This document shows positions 36,105 to 45,358 of a DNA stretch of 55,690 nucleotides, piece by piece. Where the stretch lies: positions 1-55,690 of the forward strand of contig DKOX01000062.1 in assembly GCA_002470925.1 (NCBI GenBank), given 5' to 3'. Origin of the DNA: Opitutia bacterium UBA7350 (lineage in GTDB: Bacteria > Verrucomicrobiota > Verrucomicrobiia > Opitutales > Coraliomargaritaceae). The stretch's first letter is position 1. The number at the start of each line of letters is the position of its first letter. The notes beneath the pieces were generated by a model. The model saw only the letters and a program-made list of their open reading frames with translations, was not told where the DNA came from and searched no databases. A program made the translations under genes and the position numbers.

Positions 36105-37118
36105 GTGATGCGGTTAAAATTTGGTTATGTAGTCTTGCTTTTACCGCTTCAGAGCGCGTTGCTGTTGGCGGAACTTGTTTGGCCTACGCCCAACCAAGCA
36201 TTTTTGAAAGGCGAGCCGATTGAAGCCTTCGTGCAGGCAACTGCTTCAGGCAAGATCGAGTCGGGGCTTTTTGGTTGTGTGCGTGAAGAGGGACGGCGTT
36301 TTCATGAAGCTTTGGATTTGTTTCCGGTTGAACGCGACGCGAAGGGTGAGGCCACGGATTTGATTTTTTCAGTTTTACCGGGTCGGGTGGTTTATATAAA
36401 TGATCGGCCCGGATGGAGCAGTTATGGTCGCTACGTAGTGGTGCGCCATGATGGGGAAAGTCCTGCTTTCCACAGCTTATATGCCCACCTTGCATCGGTT
36501 CACTCAGGTATAAAGGAAGGCGGGTGGGTTAAAGCGGGCGCAGTTCTGGGCGTTATGGGTCGTTCGGCAGGTGGTTATGTCATCCCAAAATCAAGGGCAC
36601 ATTTGCATTTTGAAATAGGCTTAATGCTGAGTGAAAACTTTGAGGCTTGGTTTAAGCGTCAAAATTTCAAGTCCCCAAATCGTCACGGTTCGTGGAATGG
36701 GATGAATCTTGTGAGCGTTGACCCACTTGGTTTTTACCGGGCGGTTCGGGCTGGAAACGTCCTCAATTTCGATGCTTATTTGCGGGCTTTGCCGGTTGCG
36801 GCGCGTCTGCGGGTCTTTTTCGAAGACTCCCCTGCATTCATAAGAAATTATCCAGGCTTATTATCCGGCAAAATGCGGGAAGGGAAATTGGTTGCTTGGG
36901 ATATCGCGTTTACCGATTTTGGGGTGCCCAAATCGTGGACCCCTCGATATGAGGATGAGGGTCTTCTGGGGAATCCGGGCGAGGTTCACATTCTGAGTTA
37001 TGCGCCCGATCGCCTGAAAGCTCAGCCCTGCCAGCGAGTTTTGGATTTTAAGGGAGGGGGTGTGGTGCTCTCCAAGCAGACAAAGATCGCGCTAGAGTTG
37101 TTATTCGGCTTTCACTAA
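36105..37118 (+). CDS. M23-family metallopeptidase
   Basis: YGRYVVVRHDGESPAFHSLYAHL...AHLHFEI is the HxxxD/HxH-type M23 core, with a signal peptide. The GTG at 36105 is immediately followed by an ATG at 36108. Confidence 0.85.
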   Translation: MMRLKFGYVVLLLPLQSALLLAELVWPTPNQAFLKGEPIEAFVQATASGKIESGLFGCVREEGRRFHEALDLFPVERDAKGEATDLIFSVLPGRVVYINDRPGWSSYGRYVVVRHDGESPAFHSLYAHLASVHSGIKEGGWVKAGAVLGVMGRSAGGYVIPKSRAHLHFEIGLMLSENFEAWFKRQNFKSPNRHGSWNGMNLVSVDPLGFYRAVRAGNVLNFDAYLRALPVAARLRVFFEDSPAFIRNYPGLLSGKMREGKLVAWDIAFTDFGVPKSWTPRYEDEGLLGNPGEVHILSYAPDRLKAQPCQRVLDFKGGGVVLSKQTKIALELLFGFH

Positions 37119-37805
37119 ATCCGCACAGTTTTCGGAAAAATCCCGCTTGGCAGCCTCGAGTAGGGAACTAACTTGCGTGACGCTCAGCCGGTTCGCCCCC
37201 GCACGAAGCAACGCGATGCAATCATTGATGCTGCTGCCAGTATAATGGGCATGGATCGCGGTCTTTTTTGAGCAATACTCTTTGCTTAATTTTACATCTT
37301 CAAAGGTAGAATCCTTCTCACCGAGCGAGCATGATATTTGAATGAAAGGTGCCCTTGCGGCCTCGATCAACCTGATTGCCTTGAGCTTTTGTTTTTTCAC
37401 CAGGTAGGATGTTTCCAAGATTAGCTTGGATCGAAGTCCGTGCTTTTCGGCGGTGGCAACCAAATTTGCAGCCTCTTCTGCGAAAAGGCTTTTCTCTCCG
37501 GCTCGGAGAGCGGCATAGTTCATGAGTACCGCGACCTCAGCAGCTCCGTTTTCGGCAGCGTTTTTAATCGCGCTTTTTTTGGCTTCGATACAGGAGCGCC
37601 CATGAGGATAGTCAATGACCGCACAAATGGCGACATCAGTATTGTAGAGGATGCTTGCGCAAAGACTTACGCTGTAAGGGTAAACACTTACCGACGCAAA
37701 TCCGGACTCCGCGGCTTGATCTGATAGGGCACATAGATCGGCTTCCGTGGAATCCAATTGGAGGTTCGTTGCATCAAAATGTGCAATAAGCTCTTTTAGG
37801 GACAT
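37101..37805 (-). CDS. DeoC/LacD-fold (deoxyribose-phosphate aldolase-like) protein lacking the canonical catalytic residues
   Basis: The protein is collinear with DERA: FDATNLQL, FASVSVYP, ICAVIDYPHG, GAAEVAVLMNYAALR, SKLILET. However FIQISCSLG replaces F(V/I)KTSTG, AIHAHYTG replaces (G)VKASGG, and EVAVL replaces EVDMV. Confidence 0.8.
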   Translation of the reverse strand: MSLKELIAHFDATNLQLDSTEADLCALSDQAAESGFASVSVYPYSVSLCASILYNTDVAICAVIDYPHGRSCIEAKKSAIKNAAENGAAEVAVLMNYAALRAGEKSLFAEEAANLVATAEKHGLRSKLILETSYLVKKQKLKAIRLIEAARAPFIQISCSLGEKDSTFEDVKLSKEYCSKKTAIHAHYTGSSINDCIALLRAGANRLSVTQVSSLLEAAKRDFSENCADLVKAE

Positions 37806-37951
37806 TGAGTATGGGGATGGGTGAGAAACCTAAAATTGAAGTTTTGTGACATCAAGGCAAACTTTTTGTCAGAACCGAGTGCATTCTTTTGCCTTATGGG
37901 AACGCTTTTCGCTTGTTTCATGAGCGGATGCTGTTTTTGCTTTCGCCCTTC

Positions 37952-39736
37952 ATGAAGCGTACTCATCATTGTTCACAGCTCACCAAAGAGGATGCTGGCA
38001 AGTCGGTCCAACTCTGTGGTTGGGTTGATTCCGTGCGTGATCACGGCGGCATTTTATTTATTGATTTGCGCGACCGTGAAGGTCTCACGCAGATTGTGCT
38101 GGATCCTGCCAACAAGGAACTGGAGGCGAAGTTTTCCTCCATCAAGCCTGAATCCGTGATTGCGGTGAGCGGCGCCGTCAATGAACGCTTGGGTGATACG
38201 GTCAACGAAGCACTTGCGACGGGAGCGATTGAGGTACATGCTGAAACACTCGAAATCCTGAATGTTTCCAAGACGCCTCCGTTCCCGATGGATGATTCCG
38301 CCGATAAGGTGGGGGAGGATCTGCGAATGACCTATCGCTATTTGGACTTACGGCGTAGTCGCAATTTGGACATTCTGCGGCTCCGGCATCGGACCAGCCA
38401 GGCAATCCGCAATTTTATGGATGAGGCTGCCTTTATCGAGGTTGAGACTCCCATGCTTTTCAAGAGCACACCCGAGGGGGCGCGGGAATTCCTTGTGCCG
38501 AGCCGCATGAACCCGGGGTCCTTCTACGCCTTACCGCAATCACCTCAGCAATATAAACAAATGTTGATGGTTGCGGGGGTAGAACGTTACTATCAATTGG
38601 CGCGTTGCTTTCGGGACGAGGACTTGCGCTCCGACCGCCAGCCTGAATTCACACAGCTCGATATTGAATTATCATTCATTGATCGCGAGGATATGTATGC
38701 CCTGATCGAGGGATTAATGAAGCGGGTTTGGCAGGACGTACTTGGGGTTGAATTGGAGACGCCGTTTTTGCGGATGAGCTACTTTGACGCCATGAACCGT
38801 TTTGGAGTCGACAAGCCGGATATGCGCTTTGGCATGGAGTTGCAGGATTGCGCAGAGGTTTTCGCAAATTCTGAATTCAAAGTCTTTGCAGGGGCGCTCC
38901 AGGCGGGCGGGGCGGTCAAGGCCTTTAATGCGAAAGGCCTGGCAGACCTCACTCAAGGAGAACTTCGCAATTTGGAAGATGCCGCCAAATCGCACGGCGC
39001 CAAAGGCCTAGCGTTTATTAAATGCGAGGGCGGCGAATGGAAGTCGCCCATTCTCAAGTTCCTCTCTGAGGATGAAAAGGAGGGCCTGCGTAGCCTGCTT
39101 CAGATCGAAGACGGTGATATTGTCTTTTTTGCGGCGACGGAATGGGAACAGGCCTGCACGATCCTGGGACGCGTACGGCTTGATGCTGCGCAATTGCTCA
39201 TCAAGCGCGGACTCTTGGAGTTGGATCCTGCGGATTATAAGTTCCTGTGGGTTATTGAGTTTCCGCTCATGCTATTTGATGAGGAGGCCAATCGTTTTGT
39301 AGCCTCGCACCATCCGTTTACCGCGCCGGTTGAGGAGGATGTTCCCTTATTGGACCGTGATCCCAAGAAGGTCCGCGGCCAGCATTATGATCTCGTCCTT
39401 AACGGCGTGGAGCTGGGTGGCGGGTCGATTCGGATACACCAGCCACAAGTGCAGAAGAAGGTATTTGAAGAGGTTCTAAAGATTGATCCGGAGGTTGTCG
39501 AAAGTCGCTTTGGCTACATGCTGAAGGCGTTTGAGTATGGGGCACCGCCACATGGTGGTATCGCGTTCGGGCTTGACCGGATGGTGACGATTCTCGCCCA
39601 ACGGCAAAGCATTCGCGACGTGATCGCCTTCCCGAAAAACCAGAAAGGACAGGAGATGATGACCGCGAGTCCGGGCACTGCGACGGATAAACAATTGCGC
39701 GACTTGCACATCCGCTCGGTTCCACCCAAGGATTGA
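37952..39736 (+). CDS. aspS: Aspartate--tRNA ligase
   Basis: MKRTHHCSQLTKEDAGKSVQLCGWV, with class II motifs (FRDEDLRSDRQPEFTQLD, GGGSIRIH, GLDR). The track N-terminal extension from 37889 is unsupported. Confidence 0.96.
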   Translation: MKRTHHCSQLTKEDAGKSVQLCGWVDSVRDHGGILFIDLRDREGLTQIVLDPANKELEAKFSSIKPESVIAVSGAVNERLGDTVNEALATGAIEVHAETLEILNVSKTPPFPMDDSADKVGEDLRMTYRYLDLRRSRNLDILRLRHRTSQAIRNFMDEAAFIEVETPMLFKSTPEGAREFLVPSRMNPGSFYALPQSPQQYKQMLMVAGVERYYQLARCFRDEDLRSDRQPEFTQLDIELSFIDREDMYALIEGLMKRVWQDVLGVELETPFLRMSYFDAMNRFGVDKPDMRFGMELQDCAEVFANSEFKVFAGALQAGGAVKAFNAKGLADLTQGELRNLEDAAKSHGAKGLAFIKCEGGEWKSPILKFLSEDEKEGLRSLLQIEDGDIVFFAATEWEQACTILGRVRLDAAQLLIKRGLLELDPADYKFLWVIEFPLMLFDEEANRFVASHHPFTAPVEEDVPLLDRDPKKVRGQHYDLVLNGVELGGGSIRIHQPQVQKKVFEEVLKIDPEVVESRFGYMLKAFEYGAPPHGGIAFGLDRMVTILAQRQSIRDVIAFPKNQKGQEMMTASPGTATDKQLRDLHIRSVPPKD

Positions 39737-39752
39737 GCTACCCGGCGCGGGT

Positions 39753-41027
39753 TTAGTCTTTAAGCTCTCCGGTGCCGTGTAGCACGTATTTGTAGGTACA
39801 CAATTCGTTGAGACCCATCGGGCCGCGCGCATGCAGGCGGTCGGTGGAAATTCCGATTTCAGCGCCAAGACCAAACTCAAATCCATCCGAGAAGCGCGTG
39901 CTGGCGTTGTGGAAGACGGCGGCGGAATCAACCCCATTTAGAAATGCGCGGGCGGTTGCGGCCTCTTGTGTTACGATGGTATCGGTATGCCCGGAGCCGT
40001 TGGCATTGATTAAATCGATCGCGGCCTGCGCATCCGGTACGACTCCAATGGAGATGATGAGATCAGTGTATTCGGTGGCAAAATCTTCTTTGGTGGCATC
40101 AATCAATGGCAAGCCTGTACCGGTGAGCAAGGCTTTGGCGGCGTGATCCACGCGAAGTTCTACCCCGGCATCGTGGAGTGCCTTGGCGAGCCCCGGAAGC
40201 TGGGCGGCGGCATCCTGGTGGATGAGTAAATTCTCGGCGGCATTGCAAACACTCGGACGCTGCGTTTTGGAATTGATGACGATGGACTTCGCGAGCTCCG
40301 GATCGGAGTCGGCATCAACATATACCGAACAAACGCCGGTGTAGTGTTTGATGACCGGAATGCGGCTGTTTTCTACGGTGAAGCGGATGAGCCCTTCGCC
40401 GCCGCGCGGAATGATGCAATGAATCGTATCCTCCTGTTTCAGGAGAACATTCAGGGCGGCACGGTCGGTAGTGGGTACGACCTGAACCGCGTCGGCATTA
40501 ATGCCCGAGGCGGTGAGCGTTGTCTGGATCAACTCTGCCAGCTTCATGTTTGAATAAAACGCCTCCTTTCCGCCGCGAAGGATAGATGCGTTGCCGGATT
40601 TTAAGCAAAGGATTGCGCAATCAACTGTAACGTTCGGCCTTGATTCATAGATAATACCAATAACTCCCATGGGAACGCGGAGTTTGCGAAGATCGAATCC
40701 ACGCGGTGGCTGCATCCGTTCGATTTCCTCACCGACGGGGTCGGGTAGGGAGGCGACTTGCCGCACACCCTCAGCCATTTTCTCAATCCGTTCCGGTGTA
40801 AAGCTTAGGCGCTCGATCATCGGTTCGGGTAAACCGTTTTCCTCGGCGGCTGCGAGATCCTTGGCGTTTGCTGCTATGATGGCATCTGTATTGGCAACGA
40901 GGGTCTCCGCGAGTTGCTCGAGAAAGGCATTTTTTTTGCGGGTCTCAAGCGTTGCGAGCTCCAGCGAGGCCGCACGTGCACGTTGTGCGATGTCAACAAT
41001 AAGAGTTTCGATTGAATCCTTGCTCAT
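39753..41027 (-). CDS. proA: Gamma-glutamyl phosphate reductase
   Basis: 424 aa aldehyde-dehydrogenase fold with [14 protein letters not shown] and HASTRFSDG motifs typical of ProA. Confidence 0.95.
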   Translation of the reverse strand: MSKDSIETLIVDIAQRARAASLELATLETRKKNAFLEQLAETLVANTDAIIAANAKDLAAAEENGLPEPMIERLSFTPERIEKMAEGVRQVASLPDPVGEEIERMQPPRGFDLRKLRVPMGVIGIIYESRPNVTVDCAILCLKSGNASILRGGKEAFYSNMKLAELIQTTLTASGINADAVQVVPTTDRAALNVLLKQEDTIHCIIPRGGEGLIRFTVENSRIPVIKHYTGVCSVYVDADSDPELAKSIVINSKTQRPSVCNAAENLLIHQDAAAQLPGLAKALHDAGVELRVDHAAKALLTGTGLPLIDATKEDFATEYTDLIISIGVVPDAQAAIDLINANGSGHTDTIVTQEAATARAFLNGVDSAAVFHNASTRFSDGFEFGLGAEIGISTDRLHARGPMGLNELCTYKYVLHGTGELKD

Positions 41028-41030
41028 GTA

Positions 41031-42014
41031 CTAAGGATTGATGGCTTGAAGCAGTTCTGTCCAGACTGCATCGGGAAGGACGCTACCTTGTTGTTGTACA
41101 ACGGCAGCACCAAGGAGTGAACCGAAGTGTGCGCATTCAGGAGCGGGGTGACCCTCCAGCCAGCCATACAGGAAGCCTGCCGCCCATAAATCACCTGCCG
41201 CAGTCGTATCGATAACGGTCTGCGCCCGAACAGGCTCAATGCTGTGAATAGTTTTTTGTTGCGCGATGAGTGAACCGCGGGCTCCAAGTTTGACTGCGGC
41301 GACATCACAATGCTGGTGCAGTGCTTGAGCCATCATTTCGTAGTCATTTTCAATCCCGGTAAAGGCGGCGGCTTCTTCTTCGTTGGCAAAGACAATATCG
41401 ATATATTGATCCAGTATTTCCGGAAGGAGGGCCTTGGCAGCCTCAACAACTTCGAAGGAAGCCAGATCCAGACTTATGGTGCATCCCGCGGATTGAGCGG
41501 CCTCCAGCACTGTGCGCATCAGGGCCTCATTAAAGAGGAGGTAACCTTCTAGATGGGCAAAATCATAAGCTTCGAAATCGGCCGCGCTGATTTCTTGAGG
41601 TGTGAGCGTCATTGCAGCACCGAGATGGGTACGCATCGTGCGTTCCCCATCGGGCGTGACCAAAGAAAGGCAATGCCCATTTGGAATGGTGCCGTGTTTA
41701 AAGCTACTCACGTGACCTCCATGTCGTTCAAATTGCTCCAGGTAGAATTGCGCCATCGGGCAATTACCCAACTTGCCAAGGATAGCGGCAGGCATTCCCA
41801 TGCGGGCAAGCGCAAAGAGGGTATTTCCGGCAGAACCGCCCGGAGCGCGGGTATTTTCCGAGGGAAGGTCACTCAAGAGGGCGTCCAGTTCGGGAGCCTC
41901 GACCAGAAGCATGCCACCTTTCTCTCCGGCAACATTCTCAAGGAAGTCATCCTTTACCAGTGCGATCGTATCAACGACCGGACTTCCAACCCCAATAATC
42001 TTCTTTTTCTTCAC
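41031..42014 (-). CDS. PfkB-family carbohydrate/nucleoside (adenosine-like) kinase
   Basis: GVGSPVVDT is the N-terminus and [16 protein letters not shown] is the PfkB signature 2. Its stop lies 3 nt upstream of the proA start. Confidence 0.88.
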   Translation of the reverse strand: MKKKKIIGVGSPVVDTIALVKDDFLENVAGEKGGMLLVEAPELDALLSDLPSENTRAPGGSAGNTLFALARMGMPAAILGKLGNCPMAQFYLEQFERHGGHVSSFKHGTIPNGHCLSLVTPDGERTMRTHLGAAMTLTPQEISAADFEAYDFAHLEGYLLFNEALMRTVLEAAQSAGCTISLDLASFEVVEAAKALLPEILDQYIDIVFANEEEAAAFTGIENDYEMMAQALHQHCDVAAVKLGARGSLIAQQKTIHSIEPVRAQTVIDTTAAGDLWAAGFLYGWLEGHPAPECAHFGSLLGAAVVQQQGSVLPDAVWTELLQAINP

Positions 42015-42046
42015 TATAATGATAGCTTAAGGATAAATATAGGACA

Positions 42047-42084
42047 TAAAAAAACCGCCAATGCAGTGGATTGACGGTTTTTTG
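42047..42084 (-). terminator. Intrinsic (bidirectional-looking) terminator after the lipoprotein gene
   Basis: An A7 run, CCGCCA, an 11-nt loop, TGACGG and a T6 run. On the minus-strand RNA the stem is CCGUCA/UGGCGG with one G.U pair. Confidence 0.5.
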
Positions 42085-42100
42085 AGAATTTTATCAATGG

Positions 42101-42496
42101 TTAGAGTGCATCGCGAATACGTGCGTAGAGCACTTGCGATTCCGCGAGGTTACCAAGCTCGCCCACCCGAATGCGAAGTTCAGTTTGTCCTTCACCATCC
42201 ATAACACTGCGAATGCGAACACTTACGAGTTGGTCGCCCACTTTCCGTGCGTAAATTTTAATGGATTCCTTGCCGTGACGTTCGCCAGTGCGAAAATAGC
42301 CCATATCATCCATTTCGCGAATTGCAGCACGGAAGATTTCGCTGACCGAGGCATCCAGAGGCGCATAGAAATATCCTGCGGTGTAGGACGCCGATTGTTC
42401 AAGACCGGTCTGGGGATCAATGGCGACTTGGGTGGTGCAGCCCGTGAAGAGCAGCATGCTAATGGAGATAATGGAGAAAAAGGCTTTTACGTTCAT
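42101..42496 (-). CDS. Hypothetical lipoprotein
   Basis: From the ATG at 42496 the protein starts MNVKAFFSIISISMLLFTGCTT. The total length is 131 aa. Confidence 0.7.
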   Translation of the reverse strand: MNVKAFFSIISISMLLFTGCTTQVAIDPQTGLEQSASYTAGYFYAPLDASVSEIFRAAIREMDDMGYFRTGERHGKESIKIYARKVGDQLVSVRIRSVMDGEGQTELRIRVGELGNLAESQVLYARIRDAL

Positions 42497-42614
42497 AATT
42501 GTGATCAAAGAGGACTTTTTTAAGCAGTGCAATGCGAAGCTTCAATAAAAATGAGATTTTTCCAGAGGCTGACAACCGCTCAGTCTTTGAAGCATTCATC
42601 TGTGAAATATGTCT

Positions 42615-42651
42615 AAAAAAAGCGACCCGCCTCTAAAAGAAACGGATCGCT
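42615..42651 (-). terminator. Intrinsic terminator after xseA
   Basis: The minus-strand RNA folds as AGCGAUCCG-13 nt loop-CGGGUCGCU (9 bp including one G.U) followed by a U6 run. Confidence 0.55.
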
Positions 42652-42742
42652 TATGAACACATACCCCTAACTAACTCACTAAAGAGCAATTTTGGTATAA
42701 GATGTGTCATGGATTCTATTGGGCGGTTCCAAAAATTTAGTA

Positions 42743-44125
42743 TTATTTCGGTTTATTTTCTGGGGTGTTCGGGGTAAGTGTGACAATGCCATCATGGAAG
42801 CGCGCCTTGATACGTGCGGCGCTTTGTGCGGAACTCGCAGAAGCGAGGATACTACCGTCCTCTTTTTGCAAGATGGCAAAGCCCCGCTTCAGGGCAGATT
42901 GAATATTGGTGTTCGCGAGGCGCTTTTGGATGGCGGTGAGTTTTGCATTGGAAGTTTGCAGGCTTTGGGTGGAGGCAAATTCCAATCGATGCTTAAAGGC
43001 GCTCAAGTTTTGGTAAGCCAGATCGAGACGGCGTTTGGGGTTATGCCGGATCAGCCGATTTGAGAGGTGCTGAATGGTTTCCCTGTTTGCGGCGAGGTTA
43101 TCCCTTAAGGCCTGAGTCAGGCGAATCTGGGTATCGTCGATCCTCAAAGCGTGGAAGGCGAGTTGGCGTTGCGGGGACAGGAGGCGAAAGCGAGTTTGTG
43201 CCGCTTCCAGTCGTTGTTGGATTCGAAGGGGAAGCTGGGTGGAAAGTCGCCTCAAGGATTGGCTTACCTCGAGGAATTTTCGTCGTGTTTCCAGTGATTT
43301 CGACGAAATCAACTCAGCCGCGGCAGAGGGTGTCTCGGCCCGAATGTCTGCGGAATAATCCGTTAGTACCTGGTCGATCTCATGACCGACCGCTGAAATA
43401 GCTAGCTTCGCGGATGCCGCAACAGCCCGGGCGAGGGATTCATTGTTAAAAGGCCAAAGGTCTTCAATGCTACCGCCGCCTCGCGTTAACACAATACAGT
43501 CAAATCCCGGGCTGAAGGCATTGGCGCATGCAAGGGCTTCCTCGATCTCTGCGGCGGCTTCCTTGCCTTGGACGCGCACCGGAAAGACAACAACGGAGCC
43601 ATCAAAATTACGGCGCTGGAGGATGCGCAGGAAATCGCGGAGTGCCGCGCCGGTCGGTGAGGTGATGACTGCAATGCGGCGAGGCAGGGCGGTGAGCGTT
43701 CTTTTGCGCTCCGCCTCAAAGAGTCCTTCCGCTGCGAGGGATCGTTTCAAGCGCTCGAATTCAATCTGCAAACGCCCCTCGCCGCTGTGGAGGGCGATTT
43801 TTACAATCAATTGATAGCGTCCGTGGGGGGCATAAACCGCGAGATCACCAAACAAGGTAACCGCTTCACCGTCTTTTAGCGCAAAATCCTGCCGGGCGGC
43901 ATCGCGTGCAAAGAGGACGCAGGGAATTTGACTGCCTTTGTCCTTGAGCGAGAAATAAACATGTCCGCTGCTTTGTTTTCGACAATTGGAGATTTCGCCG
44001 CGCACCCATACCCGGGTGAAGCTGCCCTCCAGGAGTCGCTTGATTTGTTCGGTGAGGGCGCTGACCTCCAGTACTGCTTCTGCATCCGGTTGGAAATTCA
44101 AATCGGGCATATGGAATCTTTGCAC
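42743..44125 (-). CDS. xseA: Exodeoxyribonuclease VII large subunit
   Basis: LEVSALTEQIKRLLEGSFTRVWVRGEISNCRKQSSGHVYFSLKD is the OB-fold N-terminus. It is followed by the catalytic domain and a long helical C-terminus. Confidence 0.93.
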   Translation of the reverse strand: MQRFHMPDLNFQPDAEAVLEVSALTEQIKRLLEGSFTRVWVRGEISNCRKQSSGHVYFSLKDKGSQIPCVLFARDAARQDFALKDGEAVTLFGDLAVYAPHGRYQLIVKIALHSGEGRLQIEFERLKRSLAAEGLFEAERKRTLTALPRRIAVITSPTGAALRDFLRILQRRNFDGSVVVFPVRVQGKEAAAEIEEALACANAFSPGFDCIVLTRGGGSIEDLWPFNNESLARAVAASAKLAISAVGHEIDQVLTDYSADIRAETPSAAAELISSKSLETRRKFLEVSQSLRRLSTQLPLRIQQRLEAAQTRFRLLSPQRQLAFHALRIDDTQIRLTQALRDNLAANRETIQHLSNRLIRHNPKRRLDLAYQNLSAFKHRLEFASTQSLQTSNAKLTAIQKRLANTNIQSALKRGFAILQKEDGSILASASSAQSAARIKARFHDGIVTLTPNTPENKPK

Positions 44126-44207
44126 CGTATCGTTTAAAATGGCAACTCCATGTCTACTTCTTGAGATGTAAACTTGCCAGCACGTAAAAGGGGCCTAGCT
44201 TGCGGGT

Positions 44208-44756
44208 ATGGAAGCGGATCAAAATCATACAAATACAAACTTGTTGCCACTTGCGCTGGCGTTGCTGGGGATTGTTCTGGGTGGGGCGGGCCTTTACTTT
44301 GGGCTGATAGCCAACAACACCCTCCAGCCGATCGTGGAATCAATGGAGGCCCGTGAAAGCAGCTTGAGTGAATCAGCAGAGGAGGTGGCAAATCTGAAAA
44401 AAGCGGTGCAGGTTTTGTCGGAGCAGAATAAAGACTTAGGGAGTGCCCTTTCCCGTCTGCGTGCCTACGGCAATGAGCGGGATAAGCGCCTCAAGGAACT
44501 AACCCTCGAGCTCAACAAACAAGGAGAACGTTTGGCGAAGCAAGCAGTGCCTGTGACTACCCCTGCCGTAACCCAGTCGGCGACAGTTGGGACGGGTGCG
44601 ATTGCGGAAGGTGGATATGTCATTAAGTCCGGCGACACCTTTGCGCGCATTGCGACCGAGGCGGGAGTACCGTTGCAGGCTTTACTGGATGCCAATCCGG
44701 GAGTCGACCCGCGCCGTTTGCGCATCGGTCAATCAATCATCATACCGGCGCAGTAA
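44208..44756 (+). CDS. Membrane-anchored coiled-coil protein with a C-terminal LysM domain
   Basis: N-terminal TM segment [23 protein letters not shown]. The LysM domain is [44 protein letters not shown]. Confidence 0.85.
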   Translation: MEADQNHTNTNLLPLALALLGIVLGGAGLYFGLIANNTLQPIVESMEARESSLSESAEEVANLKKAVQVLSEQNKDLGSALSRLRAYGNERDKRLKELTLELNKQGERLAKQAVPVTTPAVTQSATVGTGAIAEGGYVIKSGDTFARIATEAGVPLQALLDANPGVDPRRLRIGQSIIIPAQ

Positions 44757-45358
44757 TGGCTAAGCTCGCTCCGCCTGACAACCTGCAGGAACCGTTGCGC
44801 TGGGAGCTGCTCAGTGATCAGTTGAATTTTTCATGCCGGGTTTGGGAATTGCGGACCCGGCGTTACCGACATCCGACGAATGCGAAAGAGGGAGATTTCT
44901 ATTATTTAAATTCCCGCGATTGGGTCATCGTGGTGGCACGCACCATCGATGGGGATATCATTATGGTGCGCCAGTTTCGCTGGGGATCCGACGCATTTTC
45001 ATGGGAATTGCCCGGTGGTATCATTGATTCCGGTGAGGATCCGGTGCAGGCGGGCTTGCGGGAACTCAAGGAGGAGACCGGTTATGTTGCGGAAAAGGGA
45101 GTGGTGATTGGTCAGTGCAGTCCCAACCCTGCAATCCTCAACAATCAATGCCATGTTGTTTTTGCGGATCAATGCCAGCTATCGCAGGATGGCACGAATT
45201 GGGACGAGCACGAAGAAATGGAAGTCCGGGTCTTGCCGGAAGCAGAGGTCATGCAGTGGGTAGCCGAGTGTAAGATCGGCCACGCACTCGCGCTGGTGGG
45301 GATATTATTTTACCGCACCAAGGTTACCGGGCAGGAGCAGGCTACCACGTGTAATTGA
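44756..45358 (+). CDS. NUDIX hydrolase (ADP-ribose pyrophosphatase-like)
   Basis: The Nudix box is [24 protein letters not shown]. The start overlaps the upstream stop (TAATG). Confidence 0.88.
   Translation: MAKLAPPDNLQEPLRWELLSDQLNFSCRVWELRTRRYRHPTNAKEGDFYYLNSRDWVIVVARTIDGDIIMVRQFRWGSDAFSWELPGGIIDSGEDPVQAGLRELKEETGYVAEKGVVIGQCSPNPAILNNQCHVVFADQCQLSQDGTNWDEHEEMEVRVLPEAEVMQWVAECKIGHALALVGILFYRTKVTGQEQATTCN

Noticed and set aside
37806-37951. T-box or other leader upstream of aspS
   Set aside because: There is no T-box consensus, no specifier-loop architecture and no terminator/antiterminator pair. Only weak imperfect inverted repeats are present.
39740-39753. Small ACCCG-GCG-CGGGT hairpin between convergent aspS and proA, considered as a bidirectional terminator
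   Set aside because: The stem is 5 bp with a 3-nt loop and there is no real U-tract on either strand. It overlaps the proA stop. The evidence is too weak to call.
42743-44125. Missing xseB next to xseA as a sign of gene decay
   Set aside because: xseA is intact and full length with its own terminator. In many genomes xseB is encoded away from xseA, so its absence here is not informative.
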